This document shows, one piece after another, positions 46,921 to 58,030 of a stretch of DNA of 64,000 nt. A model generated the notes under the pieces. It was not told the origin of the DNA and did not search any database. It saw nothing but the letters and a program-made list of their open reading frames with translations. The stretch spans positions 143,702-207,701 of the forward strand of contig JBAZNQ010000002.1 of the NCBI GenBank assembly GCA_041649135.1. The letters are read 5' to 3'. Numbering within the stretch: the stretch's first letter is position 1; every line of letters starts with the position of its first letter. This DNA comes from Patescibacteria group bacterium (GTDB lineage Bacteria; Patescibacteriota; Kazan-3B-28). The position numbers and the translations under genes were made by a program.

Positions 46921-47334
46921 ATGAAACAGTTCGGTTTATCTCCGGTCGCACTTTTCTGGCTGGCGGTAGTATTTATGGTCATCGCTGGTCAGCTCATCCG
47001 TTTGAGCCAATTAAATCGAGTGATTTTTAATTACGCGTTGGCTTTCAGTATTGATGCCCCACTATTATTAATCTATATTATCTCTGTCCTTTTTTTGGGT
47101 GTGGTTATTTGGCTATTTTACAGTCGAGCTGTCACCACCTTACTTGGAATTATCGGTCTGGGACTGATTTTTGGCGGCGGTGCTTCCAATTTGATTGATC
47201 GGATACTGTTTGATGGCGGCGTCGCAGATTACTGGCACTTAATGGACATCAGCACAATTAATTTTGCAGATATTGCTATTACCGCCGGTATTATGCTTGT
47301 TCTATACCAATTTTTATTTCATCATGAATCCTGA
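46921..47334 (+). CDS. lspA: Signal peptidase II
   Basis: GGGASNLIDR..GGVADY..NFADIAI; typical dksA-lspA-rluD synteny. Confidence 0.85.
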   Translation: MKQFGLSPVALFWLAVVFMVIAGQLIRLSQLNRVIFNYALAFSIDAPLLLIYIISVLFLGVVIWLFYSRAVTTLLGIIGLGLIFGGGASNLIDRILFDGGVADYWHLMDISTINFADIAITAGIMLVLYQFLFHHES

Positions 47335-47983
47335 AATTATTTTTGAAGATTCCGATTTATTAGTATTGGACAAACCAGCCGGTTTGATAGTCCATGAAGG
47401 TCATGGGCAGACTGACGCAACTTTGGTTGATTGGCTGAAAACTCGCTATCCTAAGTCGCCATTGAGCGAGGAGCGGTATGGTTTGTTACACCGGCTCGAC
47501 AAAGATACTTCGGGGCTGATTTTAGTTGCCAAGACTTTGGCGGCATTCAAGTATTACAAAAAATTATTCAAACAGCGCGCCATTACCAAACAGTATCTGG
47601 CGCTAGTCCACGGTCGGCTAACCCCAACTCGGGGGCTGATCCAAATTCCACTAGCTCGGGGATTGGTTAATCGGACTCGGTTTGAACCAGCTACCAGTGG
47701 CCGCTCGGCCGAAACCGAATACAATGTTGAAACGTATTATCCCCAGTTTACTTATCTGTCAGTCTGGCCAAAAACTGGGCGCACTCATCAGATTCGGGTA
47801 CATTTTGCCAGCCTTGGGCATCCGATTGTCGGCGATAAAGTTTATGGCAAACCCGATGCGTTTACCCGTCAGTTTCTCCATGCCCATCGGCTGGATTTTA
47901 TTGATCAGAAAGGCAAAAATTGTAAATTTATCTCACCGCTTCCGGCAGATCTAGATCAGTTTTTAAGGAACTTGTCCCGTTAG
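47324..47983 (+). CDS. RluA/RluD family pseudouridine synthase
   Basis: DKPAGLIVH, HRLDKDTSG, TGRTHQIRVH, HPIVGD..YG, LHA..L.F. Confidence 0.95.
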   Translation: MNPEIIFEDSDLLVLDKPAGLIVHEGHGQTDATLVDWLKTRYPKSPLSEERYGLLHRLDKDTSGLILVAKTLAAFKYYKKLFKQRAITKQYLALVHGRLTPTRGLIQIPLARGLVNRTRFEPATSGRSAETEYNVETYYPQFTYLSVWPKTGRTHQIRVHFASLGHPIVGDKVYGKPDAFTRQFLHAHRLDFIDQKGKNCKFISPLPADLDQFLRNLSR

Positions 47984-48107
47984 AAGTTTGTCATTATCTC
48001 ATCGGGGCTTATCCTAAAGATTATAATTATGATTTCTATTGGTGTATCAATAACTGCGCGTAAAAATAATTCCAGAGAATTATTTTTCGCCGAGGACTTC
48101 TAACGGG

Positions 48108-48671
48108 ATGAAATCAAATAAAATTTTTATTATGGCCGGTCCGTCAGCGGTTGGTAAGAATGCGATTATCGCTGGCTTATTAAAATCCGATTTGCCATTA
48201 CAACGGATGATTACCACTACTTCCCGCCCGCCGCGCTCCGGTGATTCTCCCAACGATTATCACTTCGTCAGCCGAGAACAATTTATGGCTTGGGTAGCCG
48301 AAGATAAAATGATCGAATGGGTAGAATATAATCAAAATCTCTATGGTACTCGCAAACAAGATTTGGAAGATATTTTTACCGCCGGTAAGTTCCCGATCAT
48401 GGATATTGATGTCCGCGGTGTCGCATCGTTCAAGCAACTTTTCCCCAATGTCGTAGCTATTTTTATTTTACCCAGTAGCTTATCAATTCTGCGCCAGCGA
48501 CTGGAAGCTCGCGGTACTGCCGAACATGACATTCGGGAACGATTAAAAACCGCCCAATCCGAAATTGAGTTGGCGCCTAGTTTTGATTATCGGATTACTA
48601 ATTACAACGGCAAGTTAGCCAATGTCGTCAAAGATGCAGCCACGATTGTCCAGCACGAATTAGCCGGCTAA
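48108..48671 (+). CDS. gmk: Guanylate kinase
   Basis: GPSAVGK, TTSRPPR, DYHFVS, YGT, DIDVRG. Confidence 0.93.
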   Translation: MKSNKIFIMAGPSAVGKNAIIAGLLKSDLPLQRMITTTSRPPRSGDSPNDYHFVSREQFMAWVAEDKMIEWVEYNQNLYGTRKQDLEDIFTAGKFPIMDIDVRGVASFKQLFPNVVAIFILPSSLSILRQRLEARGTAEHDIRERLKTAQSEIELAPSFDYRITNYNGKLANVVKDAATIVQHELAG

Positions 48672-49487
48672 AATCTGTAGCCCACAGATTGTACCGTCGA
48701 TATCCTTGACGGAGTCAATTTTGGCTCGGGGAAATTTGTTAGCCAACCACTCTATCATCGGTTGGTACTGATTGGCCCCTAATTCAATTACCGCGGCAGT
48801 AAAATTAGTTTGGTTGAATAATTCTTTGTACAATGCCAATCCATTGTCATCCGCATACAACGCCAATTTTGGCTCAAACATCAATTCTTGTCTTGGTTCT
48901 AGGCTAGTTGGCAGATACGGCAAATTAGCCACTATCAGACTGGGTTGTTTAATGTGCTGACCCAGATGACTTCGTATCGTTTTTATCTGATTAGTCAATT
49001 TATAATGTCTGATATTCCAGCGGGCAACCGCTAGTGCCGGGTTGGACACATCACTCACAACTATCTTTATTTCTGGCAATTGTTTTGCGAGCGCGATAGC
49101 CACCGCTCCGCTCCCAGTTCCAATTTCGTAAATTGTTTTCGCTTGAGTGCCTAGTGCCAATTGGATCGCTACGGTTACGATCGCTTCAGTCGTCGGGCGG
49201 GGGATTAAGACCGCTGGAGTGATTTTTACTTCTAAGCCATAGAATTCTTTTACGCCAGTTAAGTAAGCGATCGGCCAGCCTTCCTGTCGTTTTTTGATCA
49301 AATTTACAAATCGCCGACTCTGGGCGTCGGTCAGTTTTTGATCAGCATCCTGTAACAATTGTTGTTGAGACCGGCGCGTTACCATCGCCAGCAATATCCG
49401 CGCATCCAAATCCGGAGTCGTACTATAACTTAATTTCTGCCGACCCCATTTTAACATTGCCCCAACCGTTGTTGGTTTAATCGGCAT
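48660..49487 (-). CDS. prmC: Release factor glutamine methyltransferase
   Basis: [32 protein letters not shown]; downstream of prfA. Confidence 0.93.
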   Translation of the reverse strand: MPIKPTTVGAMLKWGRQKLSYSTTPDLDARILLAMVTRRSQQQLLQDADQKLTDAQSRRFVNLIKKRQEGWPIAYLTGVKEFYGLEVKITPAVLIPRPTTEAIVTVAIQLALGTQAKTIYEIGTGSGAVAIALAKQLPEIKIVVSDVSNPALAVARWNIRHYKLTNQIKTIRSHLGQHIKQPSLIVANLPYLPTSLEPRQELMFEPKLALYADDNGLALYKELFNQTNFTAAVIELGANQYQPMIEWLANKFPRAKIDSVKDIDGTICGLQILAG

Positions 49488-50538
49488 TTCCCATGATTCG
49501 TTTAATTTCTTCTGCCTTGAGTGCTTCTGTAATGGGCTCTAAATTACCAGCCATAATGCTAGCAATATTATGCCAGCTCTCGCCGATGCGATGATCGGTA
49601 ATTCGATCTTGGGGGAAATTATAAGTTCGGATTTTTTCACTTCGATCACCAGTTCCGATCTGTTGGCGACGTTCTGCTCCACGCTCTTGCTGTTGTTTGG
49701 TTCTCTCCAAATCCAACAATCTGGCTCGCAATACCCCCATGGCTTTGAGTTTATTTTTAGTCTGCGATTTCTCATCCTGACAGGTAGCAGTCAGTCCAGT
49801 CGGCAAGTGAGTAATTCGAACAGCCGAGTCAGTGGTATTGACACTTTGACCGCCATGCCCACCTGACCGAAAGACATCAATTCGTAAATCTTCAGGCCGA
49901 ATTTCCAGTTCTGTTTCCTCCACTACTGGCAACACCGCCACCGTGGCGGTTGACGTGTGTACTCGTCCCTTAGCCTCTGTTACCGGTACGCGCTGGACTC
50001 GATGTACACCGCTTTCCCATTTCAACTGACCATAAATACCCTGACCACTGATCTGAAAAACAATTTCTTTTAACCCATCGCCTTCGCCACTTTCGCTACT
50101 ATTCAAAATTTCTGTTTTCCAGCCCTGACTTTCCGCATAACGGGTATACATGCGAAATAGATCGCCGGCAAAGATCGCCGCTTCATCGCCTCCCGCCCCA
50201 GCTCGGATTTCCACGATCGCATCATTGTTATCAACTGGATCTTTGGGCACAGTTAGTTGTTGCAGTTTGCTTTCCAATTGTTGTTTTTTATCTTCTAATC
50301 TGGGTAATTCTTCGCGAGCTAATTCTGCCAATTCTACATCCTGACCGCTGATCGCCTCCTTATGGCTAGCAATTTCTTGAGTTAATTTTTTCAATGTGCC
50401 CGCCAGTTCCAAGATCTCTTTTACTTCACCTTGCCGTTTGAACATCCGTCCTTGTTCCGCCGGAGTTAGACTACTCAAATCAGCCAACTTTTGCTGAAGT
50501 TGGTCGTATTCTGCTTGAAATGGGGCAATATTAATCAT
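49477..50538 (-). CDS. prfA: Peptide chain release factor 1
   Basis: [25 protein letters not shown] (PxT), [25 protein letters not shown]. Confidence 0.97.
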   Translation of the reverse strand: MINIAPFQAEYDQLQQKLADLSSLTPAEQGRMFKRQGEVKEILELAGTLKKLTQEIASHKEAISGQDVELAELAREELPRLEDKKQQLESKLQQLTVPKDPVDNNDAIVEIRAGAGGDEAAIFAGDLFRMYTRYAESQGWKTEILNSSESGEGDGLKEIVFQISGQGIYGQLKWESGVHRVQRVPVTEAKGRVHTSTATVAVLPVVEETELEIRPEDLRIDVFRSGGHGGQSVNTTDSAVRITHLPTGLTATCQDEKSQTKNKLKAMGVLRARLLDLERTKQQQERGAERRQQIGTGDRSEKIRTYNFPQDRITDHRIGESWHNIASIMAGNLEPITEALKAEEIKRIMGNAD

Positions 50539-50605
50539 TAGTCTCCTTTATTGTGGCACAAAAAACGACCCAAGTGATAGGTCGTTTCTGATTTGTTGAC
50601 ATATG

Positions 50606-50854
50606 TTAGGCCGCTGGTTTGGTCTTCTTCGAGCTTGGCTTCTTACCGCTAGTTGCCTTGGCAACTTTTTCTCTAAAGCGCTCAACTCGGCCACCTTTTT
50701 CTACCTGCTTTTGCTTGCCGGTATAGAAAGGATGGCAGGCGGAACAGCTGTCCACCCGAGTATTTTCAGTCGTTGAACCCACCTCCATCACATTGCCACA
50801 AGAGCAAGTAACCTTGGCCTTCGGATAATAGGTTGGGTGAATATCTTTTTTCAT
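50606..50854 (-). CDS. rpmE: 50S ribosomal protein L31
   Basis: [28 protein letters not shown]. Confidence 0.95.
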   Translation of the reverse strand: MKKDIHPTYYPKAKVTCSCGNVMEVGSTTENTRVDSCSACHPFYTGKQKQVEKGGRVERFREKVAKATSGKKPSSKKTKPAA

Positions 50855-50899
50855 ACCAGCAAACTTTACCATATGCCGTCTTGTTTCGTCAATGATGTA

Positions 50900-50928
50900 T
50901 TGACAAAAGCCCGAAAACCAGATATAAT
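50900..50928 (+). promoter_or_regulatory. Consensus sigma70 promoter driving the surface-protein cluster
   Basis: TTGACA-N17-TATAAT. Confidence 0.75.
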
Positions 50929-50967
50929 GAACTAATCCGTTTGCTCCTAAAATCAAAAACAAAAATC

Positions 50968-51162
50968 ATGTTAGAGCAGTTGTCTGAACAACTCCGCCAC
51001 CAAGAGGAAGAAACTATCCGCCCCAATCCATTTTATGGGCAGGTCGCTTTGGTATTAGCCCTAGGCCTGATTTTAACCGGCTGGATGGTGTACGGAAAAG
51101 TCTCTGCCCAGATTGACCAGCTGATCCAAAAGCCAGTTTTGGCAATGGAAATCACCAATTAA
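50968..51162 (+). CDS. Small membrane protein
   Basis: Single TM, just after a consensus promoter. Confidence 0.55.
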   Translation: MLEQLSEQLRHQEEETIRPNPFYGQVALVLALGLILTGWMVYGKVSAQIDQLIQKPVLAMEITN

Positions 51163-51272
51163 TTACAAAACCACATCGTCATTCTGGTAATTCTGCTGTA
51201 CAGCAGAAGCATCCAGAATCTTATAAAGAAATATCTAGTTTTTCTCACCTGCCAATCTACTAACCATCTCTT

Positions 51273-51683
51273 ATGAACAATCACGACTTCAATCAATTAC
51301 CAATTCTACCAGATCCGTTGGAAAATCAGGCAACTCCTTTGCCAATTTCCACCGAACCACAAGTCGTCAACCAACGATCACTTCTCGCGACTCGCGACTC
51401 TTCACTCGCGACTCTCCATCCTCGTCGCAATTACCTTCGAGCGGGTCTAATTTTTGGTGGCGCGATCGCTATCCTGACGTTGGTTTTATTCGGTTCCCGT
51501 TTGATCGATCTACTGAATTTGCGCGGAACCAAAGCCGGCCAGTCAGTAATTTTAAATAGTGATAACTTTGTTGATGGAAATTGGTTTGAAAAAGATAGCG
51601 ACGGCAATCTTCATGAGGGGGACAGTCGCGTTCTATTTGAAGTCGTTGACGGTAAATTAGTACTGAATAACCCCGGTCAGTAA
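51273..51683 (+). CDS. Membrane-anchored hypothetical protein
   Basis: TM followed by RGTKAG; contains heptamer-repeat-derived LLATRDSSLAT. Confidence 0.65.
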   Translation: MNNHDFNQLPILPDPLENQATPLPISTEPQVVNQRSLLATRDSSLATLHPRRNYLRAGLIFGGAIAILTLVLFGSRLIDLLNLRGTKAGQSVILNSDNFVDGNWFEKDSDGNLHEGDSRVLFEVVDGKLVLNNPGQ

Positions 51684-51697
51684 TTTTTGGTTCACAC

Positions 51698-54574
51698 ATG
51701 TCAACAATAAAACAAAAATTTAATTCTCTGATCCACCGCTATCCATGGGCGCTTCAGGTTAGTTTAGCTTTAGTAATCGCGCTTACTGCCATTGGTTCAT
51801 CCACCAACTTTGCCCATGCCGGATCCGGTCGGGTAGAAGTGATTGCCCCAACTGAAAAAGTCTGGTTTACCGGAATGTCGCCTGCTAGCACTATGCCGAT
51901 CTTATGGACTTTTGAAAGCGACACGATCGTTTCTTCTTCCACTACTGCCGACATCTGGCTTCAGGCTCAAACTACCAACGGTAACTGGTATAACAAATTG
52001 CCAATTGCCAGTAGCGTCCTCATGAATTCTAATCCTACCACCTATACTTGGGGGCTGGATGACGTGGCATTTGCTGGCGAAAGACAACGGATCGCCGTGA
52101 TCGTTTCTGAAACCAGTAACGGACAAACTTCCAAGTACACTGACTACAGCAACTTGCTTTACATTCGACAAGTTGGTGTTCATTTCATCACTCCATCTGC
52201 CGGCAGTCGGCTAGGCATGCATGAACTTTATCAAGTTAAATTTTACTGGTCTGATTTTGTGTCTCCCGTTACCCCATTTGCGGTCTTGGAGTACAAGGCA
52301 TCGGATGGTAGCTGGCAAGAAATTACCAAAAAGACTTATACCGCTTTTCTTGAAGATGCCATTGAATTGCGTTATTTCAACTGGGATACCCCGATATCCT
52401 CGGAAGAGTTTACCAGCCGGTTACGTCTGTCACTTTATACTCTGGACAACGACGGCGCCTACACGGTGTTATATGACCGAGCTGAAAGCGACGCGTTTAT
52501 CATTGCCCCCGGTATCGATTTTAGCGCTACTGGCATTGAACTAGTCCCGCAATCCAACCCTGCTGTAACAGACAGTTTGACTGATGTTGCAGTCGGTCTG
52601 CATTTTATCAATCGGAATCTTGGCATTACCGGTTTGGTAAAACTGTACGTTAGCATTCAGTTTTATGCCAACAATACTAGCAACGAAACAATTAATCCTC
52701 CCGTCGGCGATCTCATCACTCGTACTGTAACTATTAATACCGATAGCTTCGATAGTCAGGGGGATCTAACGGCTGTGGTCGAAGATGTGCCGATCCTAGC
52801 CCGCTACGCTTACATCAGAAGCCATATTGATCACGACAATTCCTATTTAGAATCTGACGAGAACAACAACTGGTACCCAAGCGACCAACCATCATTCTTC
52901 GAGGTCCCAAATTATTCTAGCGGAATTCCCATTGTCGGCGATCCATTATCCGCCACTTATTATTCTCAAAAACTGACGGAAGGATTAGTCGTTAATGGTA
53001 TCGGCCCGATCCGATTCGATAATTTTCAGGCCAATTTTAGTCAAACAGCCACCGATTCCGATGTTGACTTTGCGATTGGTTTCTTTAACGCTAGCGACCA
53101 ACCGGTTTATAACCAGACAGCAGACGGTTCAAGTTTTGATAGTGAAGGTTATTACTTAATTCCCGAAGCCGATGAATATCAATTGGCTGACGGATTTAAT
53201 CTGCCGACTACTTTCTTCGGGCAAACTAGCAAAGCCAACTTGGTGCGGTCGATCCGATTCCGCATCTTTATGGCTAGCGCAGATATTACTGCCACCGATC
53301 AGCCTTGGGTCCAAAGTGTTACGTTGCAATACACTGCCGCGGATACCACCACGATCGGTGTCATCAATTTTGTTGATCCTGCTGGTACTGATGGCAATGT
53401 TACCAAATCTATCCCTCGCGGTGGTACTGGCAGTTTTGATATCAAGATTACCCCCATGAACGATTTTGTCGGACAGGCAGTCATCAGAATTAGCGCCATT
53501 ACCCAAGTGGGTGGCAACGGCGATGATGTTACCGGCCAGATTCTGGCCATCGACATTCCTCAAACCGTTACTATCCCAACGGGTATCACTGAAGTTACCA
53601 CTACTGTTCACTTTACGGTTGCCAACGATCCAACTCTTTCGGGTGTCTATCAGTTTGAATTGAGCGGCTATGACACCCAGAATTCAAATGCCATCTTAAC
53701 TCCAACTGCTTTGGGCCGAATTAATATTAGCGGTGAAACCGGACCATTCAGTTTAGAAATTACTCCAACTACTACCGAAGTCATTCGTGGACAAAGCACC
53801 ACTTACGATATCACTCTGACTCGTGCCGACGATTTTACTGGTACTGTTACGCTCTCTCACAACCTCGCCACCATCTTCGGAACTGGTGTAACCGGCACCT
53901 TCTTTGATGACAATACTTTGAGTGGTAGCGACACTAGCGCCACTTTGACTGTTACCACCACTAATTCCGCCGCTTTAACTGATGCCCAATTATTTACCGT
54001 TACTGGTGCTGCTACGAACCAATCAGATCAAATCGCCACCGCTCAACTTGCTATTATCAGCTCGGATGATGCTCTGACATTGACCCTGACAATTCCAGTT
54101 GAGGGCGGCTTACCAACTGATTTGACCAAGCCACATCCTCGCTTTACTGTCCGGATTTATGATGGTCTGATCAACAAACTCGAACGAGTTGGCTTAAGCG
54201 CTAATGCTCAAGGGAAAGTTGTTTTAACTACGACTCGCACTACCTTGCCGGATAAAACTTACACGATCTACGCGCGCACCACTCGTCACCTATGGGGCAA
54301 ATCTACTACTCCCGCTACTTTAATTATCGATAGTGCCCATGATAGTTACACCGTTACTTTTCCAACATTGCAGGCTGGTGATCTAGACACCAATAACAAA
54401 GTCAACATGCAAGATATTAGTATCGACCAAACTTGGGCCAAGTACGGTCAAACTTTACTCGACGCTTTGGGCGACTTTAATAACGACGGCAAGATCAACA
54501 TCAATGACATCAGTTTTATCACTAACTTCAATTACGGCAAGTGGGGCGACCAGTTGCCAGATGAAACCCGTTAA
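51698..54574 (+). CDS. Secreted multi-Ig-domain protein with C-terminal dockerin
   Basis: Signal peptide; ESDENNN (CARDB-like); duplicated Ca loops GDLDTNNKVNMQDIS / GDFNNDGKININDIS. Confidence 0.8.
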   Translation: MSTIKQKFNSLIHRYPWALQVSLALVIALTAIGSSTNFAHAGSGRVEVIAPTEKVWFTGMSPASTMPILWTFESDTIVSSSTTADIWLQAQTTNGNWYNKLPIASSVLMNSNPTTYTWGLDDVAFAGERQRIAVIVSETSNGQTSKYTDYSNLLYIRQVGVHFITPSAGSRLGMHELYQVKFYWSDFVSPVTPFAVLEYKASDGSWQEITKKTYTAFLEDAIELRYFNWDTPISSEEFTSRLRLSLYTLDNDGAYTVLYDRAESDAFIIAPGIDFSATGIELVPQSNPAVTDSLTDVAVGLHFINRNLGITGLVKLYVSIQFYANNTSNETINPPVGDLITRTVTINTDSFDSQGDLTAVVEDVPILARYAYIRSHIDHDNSYLESDENNNWYPSDQPSFFEVPNYSSGIPIVGDPLSATYYSQKLTEGLVVNGIGPIRFDNFQANFSQTATDSDVDFAIGFFNASDQPVYNQTADGSSFDSEGYYLIPEADEYQLADGFNLPTTFFGQTSKANLVRSIRFRIFMASADITATDQPWVQSVTLQYTAADTTTIGVINFVDPAGTDGNVTKSIPRGGTGSFDIKITPMNDFVGQAVIRISAITQVGGNGDDVTGQILAIDIPQTVTIPTGITEVTTTVHFTVANDPTLSGVYQFELSGYDTQNSNAILTPTALGRINISGETGPFSLEITPTTTEVIRGQSTTYDITLTRADDFTGTVTLSHNLATIFGTGVTGTFFDDNTLSGSDTSATLTVTTTNSAALTDAQLFTVTGAATNQSDQIATAQLAIISSDDALTLTLTIPVEGGLPTDLTKPHPRFTVRIYDGLINKLERVGLSANAQGKVVLTTTRTTLPDKTYTIYARTTRHLWGKSTTPATLIIDSAHDSYTVTFPTLQAGDLDTNNKVNMQDISIDQTWAKYGQTLLDALGDFNNDGKININDISFITNFNYGKWGDQLPDETR

Positions 54575-54662
54575 AGCCACTAGCCACTAGCCACTAGACT
54601 GTCTATTACCACCCATAATTAATCTTCCGCAACTATTCACTTTTAACTTTTCACTATCTTCC

Positions 54663-55853
54663 ATGGACCAACTCTTAAACCAACTACCATCACCCAATCT
54701 TCGCCACATTAATTGGCGGGGGATGGGATTGGCTCTTGTCGGCTTGATCGTGGCTGGTGGACTCTTAGTTTATTCTGGTGGGCTAGATCAGCTTTCTCAT
54801 ATCTTTGGTTCCAAGGCTGGGACTGACCAAACTCGGGTTTTGGCTGGTGTTGCTAATTTAACTGGTAGTGTTGGTGCTGAAAGCTGGGTGATCGGCACTT
54901 TGCCGGCCAGTTTCGACAATACTGCCGCTTTTGCCAACTCTGCCGATGTGCCGGGCTTCATGATACCGGAATCAAGTGCTACCGGATTTATTATGCCAGT
55001 CGTTCCTGACGCCGATGCTGATGCTGATGCTGATGCTGATGCTGATGCTGATGCTGATGCTGATGTCGCATTAATCTCTCCCAGCTATCGCTACCTCTCT
55101 CCAGCGCTTGATTTAGGTGACGGTCAACTCGAACTTTCCCAAATCGACATCTATGCTTATCTGCCAACCTCTACTGCGGTTGAGCTTGGTTATCGAGCTA
55201 GTGATGACTTGATGACACTTACCACCGCGACTATTCAATCATTCTCGGAAATTAATTTTGTCCCAGTTGCTGATGTAACTGATGTCCAAGTCGCTACTAT
55301 CTTAATGAGCCAATCAACGGGACGGTATTCCCAAGTCTCTGCTAATTTCTCCGCTTCTGGTGCTGAAAATCAGCCAGCAATTTATGGCTGGAAAATTCAA
55401 TATAGCGCTACGAGCACTACCGATGCAGACACGATCACCGACCTAACTGCCAATATTGATTCCACTACCGACAATACTATTACCATCGCTTATAGTGGCG
55501 GACCGGCTATTCCGACTGATGCCAAAATCGAGTTACTCGGTAGCGACATTGCTCTCAACCCGATGTATGGTCAAGACCAGCTTGACCTGACTTCTCACGA
55601 TGGTCAGTACACCTTTACTTTGTCTCTACCGACTGGCGCCTATACGATCATGGCTACTAGCGCCACTACCAAACCGATCATTGTTCCATTTATGCTGATC
55701 GCTGGTAAAGCCGCTAATATCGCTATTGGTGCCTTCGAATTGGCTCAAACTAGCTTCAATGACAGTCTGACTACCAATCCAGCCGACCTAAACCATGATG
55801 GGGTAGTTAACACTCTGGATGTCCAATTACTCTTTGAACAGTATGGTAAGTAA
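54663..55853 (+). CDS. Membrane-anchored protein with (DA)n tract and C-terminal dockerin-like motif
   Basis: TM + FGSKAG; ADLNHDGVVNTLDVQLLFEQYG. Confidence 0.75.
   Translation: MDQLLNQLPSPNLRHINWRGMGLALVGLIVAGGLLVYSGGLDQLSHIFGSKAGTDQTRVLAGVANLTGSVGAESWVIGTLPASFDNTAAFANSADVPGFMIPESSATGFIMPVVPDADADADADADADADADADVALISPSYRYLSPALDLGDGQLELSQIDIYAYLPTSTAVELGYRASDDLMTLTTATIQSFSEINFVPVADVTDVQVATILMSQSTGRYSQVSANFSASGAENQPAIYGWKIQYSATSTTDADTITDLTANIDSTTDNTITIAYSGGPAIPTDAKIELLGSDIALNPMYGQDQLDLTSHDGQYTFTLSLPTGAYTIMATSATTKPIIVPFMLIAGKAANIAIGAFELAQTSFNDSLTTNPADLNHDGVVNTLDVQLLFEQYGK
55014..55064 (+). repeat. (GATGCT)8 in-frame microsatellite
   Basis: Eight perfect hexamers plus GAT, encoding Asp-Ala repeats. 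Confidence 0.95.
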
Positions 55854-55856
55854 ACC

Positions 55857-55885
55857 TTGACAGAAAGAGGAAAGTGTAGTATAAT
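55857..55885 (+). promoter_or_regulatory. Consensus sigma70 promoter of the cohesin gene
   Basis: TTGACA-N17-TATAAT. Confidence 0.75.
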
Positions 55886-55919
55886 AAAATAATCATTTGG
55901 CACCGAAACCAAAATAAAA

Positions 55920-56918
55920 ATGAAAAACTTGCTCAAGTCCAACCTGATGATAATGTATCTGGTAGCCGCTCTACCAGTTTTGGCTTACGCCACTATCGCC
56001 AATGCCGCCACTACTGCCGAAATGTTATTCGTGCCTGCTAGCGGTACTGTTGCGATCAATGGCAGCGATCAATTTACCGTCGATATTCAGGTCAAGATCG
56101 GTACTGGCAATGAATCGGCTGGAGCTGACGCAGTTGTTCAATTTGATACGGCTGATTTAGAATTTATTAGTGCTGAAAAAACCACCACCGGTAATCCAAC
56201 GGGATTCTACGGTAGCAATGGCTTATTTACTAGCACTCCTGCTGCCACCGCTAATTCTACTGGTGTGGTAGAGATTGGTCGGACTGCTGACCCGGGTAGC
56301 TATGCTACCGGTACCGGCATTATGGCCACTTTGACATTCAAATCAAAAGTTGCGGTCGGTAGTCAAATTAATTTAGATTTCGACTTTACCGCCGGTGTTA
56401 CTACCGACAGTAATGTCGCCGGTAGTGAAGGTGGTGTCGATCTGCTTAATAGCGTTACCGATGCCGTGCTGACTATTGCCGAAGGCTCCACTACTACCCC
56501 AGCTATCACTGCTATCAGCCCGACTCACGGAGATAAATCTCTGGCTCAATCAATTGTTATTACTGGTACTAATTTCGGGACGCAAGGTACCAATTCGAAA
56601 GTTTATATCGGTACCAAATTAGCTACCGTGTCAGCGTGGAGCGATACTCAAATTACTATTCAGGTGCCATCTGAACCAGATCTAACCGCCAGTAGCACTC
56701 GTCAGATCAAAGTCCATCGTGATGATGCTCAAGAAGCTACTTACACCGGCTACACTTACGATCTACCGCTACCAGAGAACGGTCCGGAAGTCTTTATCTA
56801 TTTCGGTCTTGCCATGTCCGCCTTCGGTCTGGCTGGTGTGTCGTATCAAAAGTTATTCGGTGGCAAACCAAAGGCCGATGAAATGTTAAATTCAGAATTA
56901 AACGATAGTAACTTATAA
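55920..56918 (+). CDS. Cohesin-domain + IPT/TIG protein with LPENG + TM tail
   Basis: FTVDIQV..GADAVVQFD..LEF..GTGIMATLTFK (cohesin-like); PAITAISPT.G..IVITGTNFG..WSDTQITIQVP (IPT); LPENG then TM. Confidence 0.78.
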   Translation: MKNLLKSNLMIMYLVAALPVLAYATIANAATTAEMLFVPASGTVAINGSDQFTVDIQVKIGTGNESAGADAVVQFDTADLEFISAEKTTTGNPTGFYGSNGLFTSTPAATANSTGVVEIGRTADPGSYATGTGIMATLTFKSKVAVGSQINLDFDFTAGVTTDSNVAGSEGGVDLLNSVTDAVLTIAEGSTTTPAITAISPTHGDKSLAQSIVITGTNFGTQGTNSKVYIGTKLATVSAWSDTQITIQVPSEPDLTASSTRQIKVHRDDAQEATYTGYTYDLPLPENGPEVFIYFGLAMSAFGLAGVSYQKLFGGKPKADEMLNSELNDSNL

Positions 56919-56927
56919 ATTACAATT

Positions 56928-57383
56928 ATGGCAATCGAATCCGGATATCCGTCGGAATACCCACGTCAAGAACAACCAAAGTCTGAACGAGAAAGACTAG
57001 ATATGGCCGTAGCAGAGACAGAGGGTAAAATACGACACATGCTAGATGTTGTTCCAGACAGCGCCCTTCTTGGTGTCGGGTCTTATGAGCTAGCAGTTTC
57101 CTATAATAAGAGAGTAATTGATAGGCTGCGAGCTGAACTCGAAGACCGAAAGCGACGCAGAGATGAACTCGATGGCCAGACTCGACAGGAATCAGAAGTT
57201 GAACAAACTACCGCTTCAAGCACCAAAGAACAGACAAGTGGTGAGGCTGGGGGAGAAGTGACAACTCAAGCTGGCGACGCTGTAGAGGTACAATCGTCTT
57301 CAGAAGCAGCGGAAATCAAAGCGGCAGAACAAACCCTAGAAAATCTTTATAACGATTCCGAAGCTGGCGGCCCGGCTAGCTAA
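56928..57383 (+). CDS. Acidic coiled-coil hypothetical protein
   Basis: 151-aa E/R-rich ORF. Confidence 0.6.
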   Translation: MAIESGYPSEYPRQEQPKSERERLDMAVAETEGKIRHMLDVVPDSALLGVGSYELAVSYNKRVIDRLRAELEDRKRRRDELDGQTRQESEVEQTTASSTKEQTSGEAGGEVTTQAGDAVEVQSSSEAAEIKAAEQTLENLYNDSEAGGPAS

Positions 57384-57433
57384 CCTTTCGCAAGCACATT
57401 ATAATCAACGTATAAAGTTCTAAATTAACTACT

Positions 57434-58030
57434 ATGGATTTCGAACAAGGACAATTGGGCTCGGAAGATGACAATGAATTTCGGCCGGACGGAAGTGCTA
57501 AAGAAGGTTACACTTCGCATGACGAACAACATGACTTACCAACCGAAAAACAACCAGGATCTTCAGAGGATGAGCAGAAGAGAGAAGCTGAAGAAGCTGA
57601 AAGAGCTCGGGTTAGAGATTTGTCCGAGGTGGAGCTGATTCGAGAGATGAGTGTTTGTACTGATCAACTAGCAGAGCTCGGTCAACTCGATGAATCATAT
57701 GCTGATGTTGTTGCCAATCCTGGGCGTGAAGGTGATTTTCAGATCCTTGTAGATGAGGATAGACGCAGAACCCAAGAACTCGGCGAGAAATTTATTGCTG
57801 AAGCCCGTGACAAACAACAAGGAAGAGGCTATTTTGATAGCAGGATTGCAGTTGTGGAAGTCACACTTGTCGCACGAGAAGCTCGGGCTGAATTTTCATC
57901 AATCTCCGACAAGGTAATCAGAGCAGCGACGACACGTGAGGTCAGGAGCAGGAACGAGCGTCTTCGTGCCGAAGCCCGTCGTAAGTATCTTGGTGCTGTT
58001 GCAGCTTATCAGTCGCTGTCCAGAGCGTAG
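57434..58030 (+). CDS. Acidic coiled-coil hypothetical protein
   Basis: 198-aa E/R-rich ORF. Confidence 0.6.
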   Translation: MDFEQGQLGSEDDNEFRPDGSAKEGYTSHDEQHDLPTEKQPGSSEDEQKREAEEAERARVRDLSEVELIREMSVCTDQLAELGQLDESYADVVANPGREGDFQILVDEDRRRTQELGEKFIAEARDKQQGRGYFDSRIAVVEVTLVAREARAEFSSISDKVIRAATTREVRSRNERLRAEARRKYLGAVAAYQSLSRA

